A DNA stretch of 64,000 bases, from the UHGV virus genome UHGV-1376088; one strand, given 5' to 3'. The DNA comes from a virus. Made by a program: the position numbers and the translations under genes. Position 1 is the first letter of the stretch; every line of letters starts with the position of its first letter. The notes beneath the pieces are model-generated. The model saw only the letters and a list, made by a program, of their open reading frames with translations. It did not search any database and was not told the origin of the DNA. Of this stretch, positions 10,353 through 18,790 are shown one piece after another.

Positions 10353-11576
10353 ATGTCTTCTAAATACGATTTTGAGAAATTACTGACGGTTGCGACAACT
10401 GATGCGCAACGCGAAAAACTTGAAGCGATTATTGAAACTGGTAGCGTTCGTAAAGCTGCTAGAAAACTCGGTATTTCCACCGGCACAATTGGAAATGTAT
10501 TAACCTTTTTGAGTGAGAGACTAGCAAATAGTGTCGCAGTTGAGCAAAGAATTCCTGAAGATACAACTGACACCTCTGCTGTTCTCACTCTTCCTGTATC
10601 CAATGCAGAATCAGGGATTGTAGAAGAGCCAGCTAAATTATCTGTTGGCGACAGTACTTCAACCCTGTATGACTCTAAAGGCAATATTAAATTGCAATGG
10701 GTGAAGAAAGACGGCAAGAATAATGCTATTGCTGAAACAATCTATCGGGCTATGGAATCCTTTAAGGATATCATTCAGCCTGCACCATTTAATATGGCGC
10801 CAAGAGGCATTAGTGGCGAGGGGTTATTGGCTCAATATACAATCACAGATTACCATTTGGGTATGTTTGCATCTAAAGATGAATCTGGTCAAGAGTGGTC
10901 TACTAAAATTGCAACAGAAAAAATTTATCGTGTGATTGATTCTATGGTTGAAGCGACTCCTCATACTGAGCACGCGATTATTAATATTCTTGGCGATTTC
11001 CTTCATAGTGATTCACAGCTTGCTGTTACACCTGCTTCTCGACATATTCTTGATCAGGACTCCCGCTATTCTGATTTAATTTCTATTGCAGTTAGAATCA
11101 TTGCTTACTTTGTTCAACGTGCTCGCACTAAAGCAACGAATGTAACCTTGCTGATTGCACAGGGCAACCATGACCCTATTGGCTCTTTATGGCTGCAAGA
11201 GCTGTTTTCATATTATTTTGAAAACGATCAAAATATCGCCGTAATTAAAAGTTCTTATCCATTCTATGCAATTGAATTTGGCAAAACAATGCTTGCCTAT
11301 CATCATGGTGATAAAGTTCAATTTGCTAAAATGGCTGGCGTTATTCCATCCCTATTCCCTGAAATTTGGGGACGTACAAAATTCCGTTATGCACATATGG
11401 GCGATAAACATCATCGTCGTGTAGTTGAAAGCCTCGGCATTATTGTTGAACAACACCAAACCTTAATTCCAAATGACGCTTATAGTAGCTCTCACGGTTG
11501 GACATCAGAATCTGGTACTAATGTTATCATCTATTCTCGTGAAACCGGTGAATTAAGTAGAATGACTTTTAGATAA
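10353..11576 (+). CDS. HTH domain fused to calcineurin-like metallophosphoesterase
   Basis: N-terminal HTH V-R-K-A-A-R-K-L-G-I-S-T-G-T-I-G-N-V-L. Phosphoesterase motifs follow in order: D-Y-H-L-G, G-D-F-L-H-S-D, G-N-H-D, H-H-G-D and G-D-K-H-H. Confidence 0.5.
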   Translation: MSSKYDFEKLLTVATTDAQREKLEAIIETGSVRKAARKLGISTGTIGNVLTFLSERLANSVAVEQRIPEDTTDTSAVLTLPVSNAESGIVEEPAKLSVGDSTSTLYDSKGNIKLQWVKKDGKNNAIAETIYRAMESFKDIIQPAPFNMAPRGISGEGLLAQYTITDYHLGMFASKDESGQEWSTKIATEKIYRVIDSMVEATPHTEHAIINILGDFLHSDSQLAVTPASRHILDQDSRYSDLISIAVRIIAYFVQRARTKATNVTLLIAQGNHDPIGSLWLQELFSYYFENDQNIAVIKSSYPFYAIEFGKTMLAYHHGDKVQFAKMAGVIPSLFPEIWGRTKFRYAHMGDKHHRRVVESLGIIVEQHQTLIPNDAYSSSHGWTSESGTNVIIYSRETGELSRMTFR

Positions 11577-11587
11577 GGCAGACAAAT

Positions 11588-11785
11588 ATGGACGTACTAA
11601 CAACTCCTGAAGTCTATTGCTATGATGCCAAAGAAGTTCCACCTCCAAAAAACAAAGTGGTATGGGTTGTAAGTAAATTTGGAGTTGGCCGAAAAGACGT
11701 GTTCTGCGAAGGATTTGATGTCGCCTGGTATCCGCTTCCAAAAGTTCCATTGAGTGCAAAAATGCGTGGACTCGAAATGAGATAA
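11588..11785 (+). CDS. hypothetical small protein
   Basis: 65 aa ORF. Confidence 0.25.
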   Translation: MDVLTTPEVYCYDAKEVPPPKNKVVWVVSKFGVGRKDVFCEGFDVAWYPLPKVPLSAKMRGLEMR

Positions 11786-11907
11786 TATGCAATTTTAATT
11801 GCAGGGCAAAATAACAAAGATCTGCATCTTTTGTAGCATACCCATTTATGTTATCTTTGCCCATCTTTAATTTATCGCTTTAAAACAATATTAAACATTT
11901 AAAGGAT

Positions 11908-12396
11908 TTGATACTTATGAAAAAAAGACCAAATATGTGGGTTAAAGCGAACATTTCCTCTGGAAATACCTCTTTTATAAATAAAGTCTCTTACGGAAAT
12001 CCGGATCTATTTTTAAAAAAGATTTTGAAAATGAGATATGCAGACTTTAATTGGACAGATGGCGATCAACTTTTCCCGAATTGTATTAATGTAAGGAAGA
12101 TAGGAAATTCATTTAGAATTTTATTGCCATATGATCTAAATGGAAACCTATTTGATGATTCCATCATTGAGTTGATAAAGCTGAGATTTGATACAATCGA
12201 TTATTCTGAATTGACTAGTAATGGAAAGTCAAGGGTCAAATTTCTGTTTTTCGTTATAAAGAGTCTGCACGATTTTTTAAAACAGGGCAAAATTGATGAA
12301 GCCTTTAATTTATTCTCGATGATATTTGACAATTATGCGTATTGGCATAATATCGCGGAATCCGGCATGATTTCGTTAAATGAATATGGACAATAA
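11908..12396 (+). CDS. hypothetical protein
   Basis: 162 aa ORF. Confidence 0.3.
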   Translation: MILMKKRPNMWVKANISSGNTSFINKVSYGNPDLFLKKILKMRYADFNWTDGDQLFPNCINVRKIGNSFRILLPYDLNGNLFDDSIIELIKLRFDTIDYSELTSNGKSRVKFLFFVIKSLHDFLKQGKIDEAFNLFSMIFDNYAYWHNIAESGMISLNEYGQ

Positions 12397-12401
12397 AAAC
12401 A

Positions 12402-12830
12402 ATGAAGTTGTTAAATTTTAAAAGCAAAAATTCTTTGTTTACATTTATCTTTAAAGATCAAAGGGTCTTTAAAGTAGAGTCTCTTCTTTGGGACGATAGA
12501 TTTAAGACGATTGAAGTCAATTCTTTCGGTGCGAATTTGAATATACCCGAAATGATAAAGCCTTCTATTCCTGTCATAATGAATTTAGTTGGTGTAAAAA
12601 ATGGCCAGGAAATTATTCTCCATTCTATTAGATGTGATATTTTATTGACGGAGAACTTCGAAGTTAATACCTATGGTCTTACTGTTGCTATAAACAATAT
12701 GATGAATCTGGTTCAAAATGTCACCATGTATTCTTATATGTCAGGACGTAAGGTAAATGAAGATTCCTATTTTATAAAAATTGAATCTCCTGTTGATCTA
12801 TCAAATTGGATTCAATACAGACTTCATTGA
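12402..12830 (+). CDS. hypothetical protein
   Basis: 142 aa ORF. Confidence 0.3.
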   Translation: MKLLNFKSKNSLFTFIFKDQRVFKVESLLWDDRFKTIEVNSFGANLNIPEMIKPSIPVIMNLVGVKNGQEIILHSIRCDILLTENFEVNTYGLTVAINNMMNLVQNVTMYSYMSGRKVNEDSYFIKIESPVDLSNWIQYRLH

Positions 12831-13099
12831 AAGTAAGTAATATGAGTTACATTATTATTTTCGCAGCCATTGCCTTTATTCTTTATAAGACATATCAAAT
12901 GGCTCTTCTTCATGACGCCAAATTTGCCGTCGTTGATGAAGCTAAGGTGAGAAACATGATTGCCGATTTGCGATCTAGCATGGGCAGTGAAGATTTTGAA
13001 AACAAAACAAAAGTGTTTTTAAATGAACTGGAAGCTTCGATGCTCACTCACGAAGAGAGTGTGAAGCTAATAGTGAGAAAGAGAAGTAGTTCTCTTTAA
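12806..13099 (+). CDS. hypothetical membrane-anchored protein
   Basis: 97 aa with an N-terminal TM helix. Confidence 0.3.
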   Translation: MDSIQTSLKVSNMSYIIIFAAIAFILYKTYQMALLHDAKFAVVDEAKVRNMIADLRSSMGSEDFENKTKVFLNELEASMLTHEESVKLIVRKRSSSL

Positions 13100-13297
13100 A
13101 ATTTCATCCGGATGGCTAGGGAGCAAACTAAAGTAATCGCTTTAGAGGCTCTGTGTGTCTGGGTGACGTTAGAACCAAGGTTCTTGTATATCATGTGGGG
13201 CCCTTCCCCAGTAACGGTGTCTAGAATTCAACATCTAGTTATAGATAGACTTCGCTATAGACAACCGGCCTTCATCGGCAAATCTCCGAGGCTTTAA

Positions 13298-13624
13298 ATG
13301 GAAATTTACGATTATAACTTTGAACTCTTTTTTAATAAGAGTCACAATATATATCTAGAATATGGATATATAAAACGTTGCTCTGAGTTTATTTTATCTG
13401 AACTTGGTATGCAATGTGTAGGATATTCTGATTATGTTTTTGGTAACAGAACTATGTCTACAGGGGTTTTCTTGTTAAGCACAAGTCATTGGGCTTGGCA
13501 TACATTCCCTGAACACAAGAAGGTGTCCATATCTTTTAGCACATGTAAAGAAGAATTGGAAATTAAAGAATTTGGAAAACTTTTAAAAAAGGCGTTCGAT
13601 TGTTCTTTCGTAGTATTTAAATAA
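13298..13624 (+). CDS. hypothetical protein
   Basis: 108 aa ORF. Confidence 0.3.
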   Translation: MEIYDYNFELFFNKSHNIYLEYGYIKRCSEFILSELGMQCVGYSDYVFGNRTMSTGVFLLSTSHWAWHTFPEHKKVSISFSTCKEELEIKEFGKLLKKAFDCSFVVFK

Positions 13625-13661
13625 TGCCTTGTTTCGATAACTATAATAATAAAAGAAACAT

Positions 13662-14219
13662 ATGAAAAAACAAATTACACCCAAAAGAAAATCAGTATTA
13701 ATTGTATCAATGCTAAATGATCAGACAACAAATCCTTCTGGTCCTAAAGCAATTCCAAATGCTAATAAAAGTTTGGAAAAGTTACAAACAGCCTTTGCTT
13801 CAGGAAATATTAAACATGATGCCGTGATTGCAGTAGACTATTCTGGCAGTAAGAATAGCAAATGGAGCAGCGGTAAATTGATTCCGAATAGCAAAGTGAT
13901 TAAAGTAGAACTTCAATCTGACAATTGGTTTGGGAAAGAAAACCTTATGCACATTCCCGAGTCAACTGGTGAAGATACTACTGTTCAATACTTTGATAAT
14001 ATTGATTTTCTATTGCCGACACATGAATATGATTTAACCTTTGCTGGCATCGATTTCTTTGGAACAATGAGTGCTTCAATGAAAGAGTTGGCTAGTCGTG
14101 GTTATCGAATTCGCTATTATTCTGATTGCTCTCATTTTTATGGACGCAATCGTAAAGAAGAATTGGCTGAACTTGGAATCTATCGTCACTTCACCTCTTT
14201 TAAAAAGGAAAGTAAATAA
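13662..14219 (+). CDS. hypothetical protein
   Basis: 185 aa ORF. Confidence 0.3.
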   Translation: MKKQITPKRKSVLIVSMLNDQTTNPSGPKAIPNANKSLEKLQTAFASGNIKHDAVIAVDYSGSKNSKWSSGKLIPNSKVIKVELQSDNWFGKENLMHIPESTGEDTTVQYFDNIDFLLPTHEYDLTFAGIDFFGTMSASMKELASRGYRIRYYSDCSHFYGRNRKEELAELGIYRHFTSFKKESK

Positions 14220-14626
14220 TGGATATTCAAGTTACACTATGGGAAAATTCTTCTAATGGTTCTACATTAGCTCGTGGTTTTGTTAAAATTGGCGGATTCG
14301 TTCAGATTAATATTTCTATTTATTCTGGTCGAAATGGTCCATTTATTGCTTTCCCATCTTATAAAAAACAGGATGGAACATGGCAAGAAACTGCAGGTCC
14401 TGTAAGCAAAGAGTCCCGTGAAGCTATTACAGCGGCGGTATTGAATGCATACAATAAAGGTTCTGCGCCTGCTGGAGGAAACGGATATAACGTAGTTGAA
14501 CCTCCACGTACACAGTACCAAGGACAAGCAGCAGCCAGAAGCAATTATGACCCGAATGTAGGTAATGGTAACGGACAGCAACAAGCCAATCCGGATCATG
14601 CACCTATTGGCGGAATTCCTTTTTAA
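14219..14626 (+). CDS. SpoVG-like protein
   Basis: I-S-I-Y-S-G-R-N-G-P-F-I-A-F-P-S-Y-K-K-Q-D-G-T-W-Q-E-T-A-G-P-V-S-K-E-S-R-E-A-I-T-A-A-V-L-N-A-Y parallels the conserved SpoVG core (I-D-G-N-N-G-L-F-V-A-M-P-S-K-R through I-Q-D-A-V-L). A G/N/Q-rich C-terminal tail follows. Codon usage differs from flanking AT-rich genes. Confidence 0.5.
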   Translation: MDIQVTLWENSSNGSTLARGFVKIGGFVQINISIYSGRNGPFIAFPSYKKQDGTWQETAGPVSKESREAITAAVLNAYNKGSAPAGGNGYNVVEPPRTQYQGQAAARSNYDPNVGNGNGQQQANPDHAPIGGIPF

Positions 14627-14634
14627 GGTAAACT

Positions 14635-15108
14635 ATGTCTAATTATAATGTAGCAGAACAACCCTTGGAGTATGCAATTTATAAATCCAAGGCAGCGCTT
14701 CGTATGCGCTTAGTTAACCCTCGTATTAATAATTCTTCCGGAAGAGATATTCTGAATAAAGGTTTTGTTTATTTAGAAATTGCCCCTATAAAAGAAGGTT
14801 CTGGAAATCAAAAACAATACGAATGGGAAAATAAAAAAATCGGCGTAAAACTTGGGATGCCTGATTTGTCTCAGATTGTTTATTCCATGAAACGCGGACA
14901 AGAGGCCGAAATGTTTCACGAATTTGATGGTTCAACCAAAGTTATTAAATTAACTCGAACCACCGAAGGTAAGTCTCCTTATTTTATTTCGGTAACTCAA
15001 AACAATGGCGGTGTGAAATCCCAATATTCAATTCCTATCAGCGGACAAGAAGCTGAAGTGATTTTGAATTTGGTATCTTATGCTATTCCTAAAACCCTCA
15101 ATTGGTAA
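14635..15108 (+). CDS. hypothetical protein
   Basis: 157 aa ORF in the codon-usage-distinct cluster. Confidence 0.3.
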   Translation: MSNYNVAEQPLEYAIYKSKAALRMRLVNPRINNSSGRDILNKGFVYLEIAPIKEGSGNQKQYEWENKKIGVKLGMPDLSQIVYSMKRGQEAEMFHEFDGSTKVIKLTRTTEGKSPYFISVTQNNGGVKSQYSIPISGQEAEVILNLVSYAIPKTLNW

Positions 15109-15114
15109 AATATT

Positions 15115-15492
15115 ATGGCTCAAATCCAAATCGTAATTGCAGGCGAATCGACTACTGCCGAACAAATTGCTCAAGCTCTGTCTTCAGCATTTAGCACAGG
15201 TCTGGTTATTCCGAATGCTGCACAATCCGGTCCTCTGAGTGTGGATCAACTAACCCAAGCACTGGAACAAGATTCAAAAGAATTTGACGCAGAAGAAACT
15301 TTGCGTTATATCACCGGTGACACAGAAATGCACCCTGATGATGTTTCTGCTTTTGTATCAGGCGTTGATAATCGCCTGGTTTTCGAATCGTTGGAAAAAT
15401 TTAAAGTGTATGCCTCTACCAACCTGGTTAGTGGCGACAGTCTTATCATTTCCGATGTTAGTGGCCAAGTTGTAGCAACTTATCGTCGCTAA
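15115..15492 (+). CDS. hypothetical acidic protein
   Basis: 125 aa. Uses ctg/ggc/acc codons. Confidence 0.3.
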   Translation: MAQIQIVIAGESTTAEQIAQALSSAFSTGLVIPNAAQSGPLSVDQLTQALEQDSKEFDAEETLRYITGDTEMHPDDVSAFVSGVDNRLVFESLEKFKVYASTNLVSGDSLIISDVSGQVVATYRR

Positions 15493-15525
15493 AATTTTTA
15501 AACCTTATTACAGAAAGAAAAAACT

Positions 15526-15720
15526 ATGTCTCAAATTCGTGGCTATATTTACAACGGCGAAACCAAAACTCTGCCAAATGGCGGCACTACTACCGTTGAA
15601 AACATGTTGACTGCTTTGAAAACCAAATTTGTTGCCCTGCGCACCGACGGCTCATTCGACCATGTCGTAAACAGCGATGGCTATCTGGTTATCACAAACC
15701 GCACCGGCTCTAAAGCCTAA
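15526..15720 (+). CDS. ThiS/MoaD-like beta-grasp small protein (candidate ubiquitin-like)
   Basis: 64 aa. I-Y-N-G-E-T-K-T-L-P-N-G-G-T-T-T-V-E-N-M-L-T-A-L then V-N-S-D-G-Y-L-V-I mirrors the ThiS/MoaD pattern. It ends T-G-S-K-A rather than G-G. Confidence 0.3.
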   Translation: MSQIRGYIYNGETKTLPNGGTTTVENMLTALKTKFVALRTDGSFDHVVNSDGYLVITNRTGSKA

Positions 15721-15885
15721 GTAAGGTTTAAATTACAATTTGCTCTTATTGAACGCTTGATTGCGTAATATGGGTCAGTGGGGCCCAAATGATTATAGGA
15801 CTCCGTATTTTGCATTTATATGCAGCGGGGTCCATTTTTCTTTTTTGCCTTGATTGGCTGTTATATTTTTGTTGGAGAGATATAT

Positions 15886-16221
15886 ATGTCTTATGTTGAT
15901 GACGAGTTTTTAGCTATTCTTGGCAATGTGGAAAATACAGCAAAAGAAGCTAAAGACGAAATAGAAGCTGCTGGCGAAATGGGCGAAGATATTATTTTGA
16001 ACCTTCAAAATATCTTTGAACAAGGTGAAGATGTAGGCGTAGATGCCGAAGATTTAAAAATTATTATGGAAGCTCGTTCTACTGTCCATATTAAGCCAGA
16101 AATTATTGAACGTATTCTCAGAAATTTTAAACCCGAGTTTTGGACTAGATCTTCTGTAACTATTGATGTTGCTATGGAAGCCATTAAAAACTCTCAAAAT
16201 ATCCTGGACGATTATTATTAA
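15886..16221 (+). CDS. hypothetical acidic protein
   Basis: ORF-track frame 15820..16221. The likely start is ATG 15886 after a ggagag RBS. Confidence 0.3.
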   Translation: MSYVDDEFLAILGNVENTAKEAKDEIEAAGEMGEDIILNLQNIFEQGEDVGVDAEDLKIIMEARSTVHIKPEIIERILRNFKPEFWTRSSVTIDVAMEAIKNSQNILDDYY

Positions 16222-16236
16222 ATCGAAGGGATAAAT

Positions 16237-16815
16237 ATGATAATTGCTAACCAGGGCCAGGCTGTTATGAGAATCCTTTTTGCAAAGCTTGCAAATGAAT
16301 TGGGTTTAAAATACAAAATTCCAAAAAAGATTAAGCCTAGAAATTTTGATGTATTTTTTAAGAATCTGCGATTTAAGACTATAAATATTGGTCGTGATCC
16401 TTCAGGTAGATATTTTGTAGAAATAGATACCATGATTGATTTTAGAAAAACGGTTAGAGAGATTATTGATGATTATGGTTCTAGCCTATCGCTTTTATCA
16501 TATGATTGCAGTCTTATTCATGTCGCCGACAGGGGTCATTTTGTAGAAATATCTTTACCGAATAGGAATGCTGTTTTGTCTATATATGACCGAGATGTAA
16601 ATCAACTTGGGCAATTCAATAGAAGCTCTTATAATAGGGAAGATGGCGAGTATGGGATAAAAGGAATATTTAGCGAAAATGGTTCCTTATATATTCGCAA
16701 GTCTTTAATTGATGATATATACATATATTGTCGTTCCGCTGACTGTGTGCGGAGAGATCTTCTTGTTCTTCTTGATGGCAAAACTTTTGAATATATAGCA
16801 AGAAGAGGGCATTGA
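16237..16815 (+). CDS. hypothetical protein
   Basis: 192 aa ORF. Confidence 0.3.
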   Translation: MIIANQGQAVMRILFAKLANELGLKYKIPKKIKPRNFDVFFKNLRFKTINIGRDPSGRYFVEIDTMIDFRKTVREIIDDYGSSLSLLSYDCSLIHVADRGHFVEISLPNRNAVLSIYDRDVNQLGQFNRSSYNREDGEYGIKGIFSENGSLYIRKSLIDDIYIYCRSADCVRRDLLVLLDGKTFEYIARRGH

Positions 16816-16878
16816 TATTAATAAATATATCCTAATGATATTGAAATTAATATTTATTAAATATAAATGGAGTTTTAA

Positions 16879-17388
16879 ATGGATAGAAATAAAATATATC
16901 AGAGGATTATGTTATTAAAATTAATCGAAGGTTCTGGACTTAATACTCCATATGAGATGGACCTCGATCTAGTTGGCAATGCCTTTCTGGGCAAAGAGTA
17001 TAAAATTTTCTCAGATGATATAGATAATCTTGGAAGAGTTGTTATTGTGGGTACAATGAATCTTACCCCAACAGTGATACCTAAATCATTCAGTTCAAGA
17101 TTAAGAACATTCCTTTTCTTTTTCAGGAAAGAAAACGAATTGCATCTTGTGAGTATAAAAACGAGATACATAAATGCTATTACTTATAATTTTATGAAAG
17201 ATATCGGCGCTAAAAAGATATACTATACGACTGACGAAAGCGAAACAAGATTGGTGTCTAGCGACTTTAATGGTATAGAAAAGATCTATTATCATCCAGT
17301 ATCATCTATTCATAGAAGCGGCATTTCATATAAAAATGTTATGGATGATTTTAGCCTAAGGTGCTCCAGTTTGATAAATTTCTTATAA
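16879..17388 (+). CDS. hypothetical protein
   Basis: 169 aa ORF. Confidence 0.3.
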   Translation: MDRNKIYQRIMLLKLIEGSGLNTPYEMDLDLVGNAFLGKEYKIFSDDIDNLGRVVIVGTMNLTPTVIPKSFSSRLRTFLFFFRKENELHLVSIKTRYINAITYNFMKDIGAKKIYYTTDESETRLVSSDFNGIEKIYYHPVSSIHRSGISYKNVMDDFSLRCSSLINFL

Positions 17389-17389
17389 G

Positions 17390-18031
17390 GTGTCTTATAT
17401 GGATCTTATTAATTTGAATAAGCCCTTAAATAAATTGATCATATCTAAGATTTTATTAGATGGAAACTATAAGGCGGATATTTATAAATTTAAGGAAATC
17501 ATACCATATATTTATGCCATTCGTACTAACAATAGAGGGCAAATTTTTCTTGAATTCGTAACAGAAGTCGACATGGGATTTGATGTAATGGCTCGAGACA
17601 CTGGAAGGGCATTTATTAGTCGTTCCGTCTGGAATCTTTTATGTTATGGTGATTTAGGAAATTTTATAAATTTATCGTGTGAACTGTATAATGAAAATCA
17701 AAGATATCTTAGCTATCTTATGAGCCATCTGCCCAATCATTACAATGATATAATAGAGGTTCAATACCGAGAAGGGCAAAAATATTTTATTTATTACTTA
17801 GTTGAATTTATAGCCGGCTCGAAAGAAAATCTATATTCAAAAATTCATAATATAAGCTCCAATAAGATGGAAGCTTTTCGAACTATGCAAGGTGAAGTAT
17901 TTAATTCCCTTACATACAATATGAAGCGTAATGAAAAATACGATATGAAAATTTCAGGCAAGAGCTCGTATATAAGTCATATGGATGAATACACATTTTT
18001 CGAATTTTATGATAGATATCGAAACATTTAA
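17390..18031 (+). CDS. hypothetical protein
   Basis: 213 aa ORF immediately upstream of the E2-like gene. Confidence 0.3.
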   Translation: MSYMDLINLNKPLNKLIISKILLDGNYKADIYKFKEIIPYIYAIRTNNRGQIFLEFVTEVDMGFDVMARDTGRAFISRSVWNLLCYGDLGNFINLSCELYNENQRYLSYLMSHLPNHYNDIIEVQYREGQKYFIYYLVEFIAGSKENLYSKIHNISSNKMEAFRTMQGEVFNSLTYNMKRNEKYDMKISGKSSYISHMDEYTFFEFYDRYRNI

Positions 18032-18042
18032 AGGAAGTAAAT

Positions 18043-18762
18043 ATGCAAGGCAAAATTAATATTGAAGTTTTGAGTCAAGACAAAGCTATTATCCATGTTC
18101 AGGATCTGCAAGGTAAATGCACATCTAAAATGGTTACAACAAAAGCTGCCGCTGCGGCTCTGGCTGGCCCTAATGGTGAAGCTAAAGATTCTGGATTGAT
18201 CCCCCAAAACATTTTAAGAATTTGGGAGAATTCACAATACAAGGGCTATTTGATTTATCAGCCGTCTAGAATGTTTGGCATTAAATATGAAGGAAGGTCA
18301 TTGCGCCAAGTCAAACTTCCTGGAATTGTTATGAAAGCAGTTGTGAATTCAAGAGGGCAATTTATCGGCGATAGAAGCTCTATCTTTATTTGTAATGGCG
18401 ATGAAATCAAACCCGATACAAAACTTTGGCATTTACGAATGAACAATTATAGCTCCGGTTATGGTATTTGCTGGGGCGATAATAAGAATATTGCAAATTC
18501 GATTCTAGCTAGTGGAAACCTATTTGATATTGAGCAGCTCCCGCAATTATTCTTTGGATCAACATTTAACTCGGATTTGGATAATACATATATCTTTGAC
18601 AATTCCATGTTAAGAAGAATTAATGAAAATCCTTCAATTCCTAATCATAGAAATTTAACAGTTCAATTTTTTACATTGAAAGGGTTAGAGAATGAAGATT
18701 ATAATCTGGAATCCGAATTAATGACCGAATATGATGCGGTTCTTAGCGGCATTATGATGTAA
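18043..18762 (+). CDS. candidate E2/UBC-like conjugating enzyme
   Basis: 239 aa. W-H-L-R-M-N-N then G-Y-G-I-C-W-G resembles the HPN...G-x-I-C-L core of UBC-fold E2s. It lies directly upstream of the JAB and E1 genes. Confidence 0.35.
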   Translation: MQGKINIEVLSQDKAIIHVQDLQGKCTSKMVTTKAAAAALAGPNGEAKDSGLIPQNILRIWENSQYKGYLIYQPSRMFGIKYEGRSLRQVKLPGIVMKAVVNSRGQFIGDRSSIFICNGDEIKPDTKLWHLRMNNYSSGYGICWGDNKNIANSILASGNLFDIEQLPQLFFGSTFNSDLDNTYIFDNSMLRRINENPSIPNHRNLTVQFFTLKGLENEDYNLESELMTEYDAVLSGIMM

Positions 18763-18790
18763 ATTTGCGAAATAATTAAAGGAAAATATT

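Noticed and set aside
16816-16878. AT-rich inverted repeat (attaataaatat / atatttattaat) as a possible regulatory site
   Set aside because: Such AT palindromes arise by chance in 65% AT DNA. I have no supporting evidence and could not distinguish it from a weak terminator.
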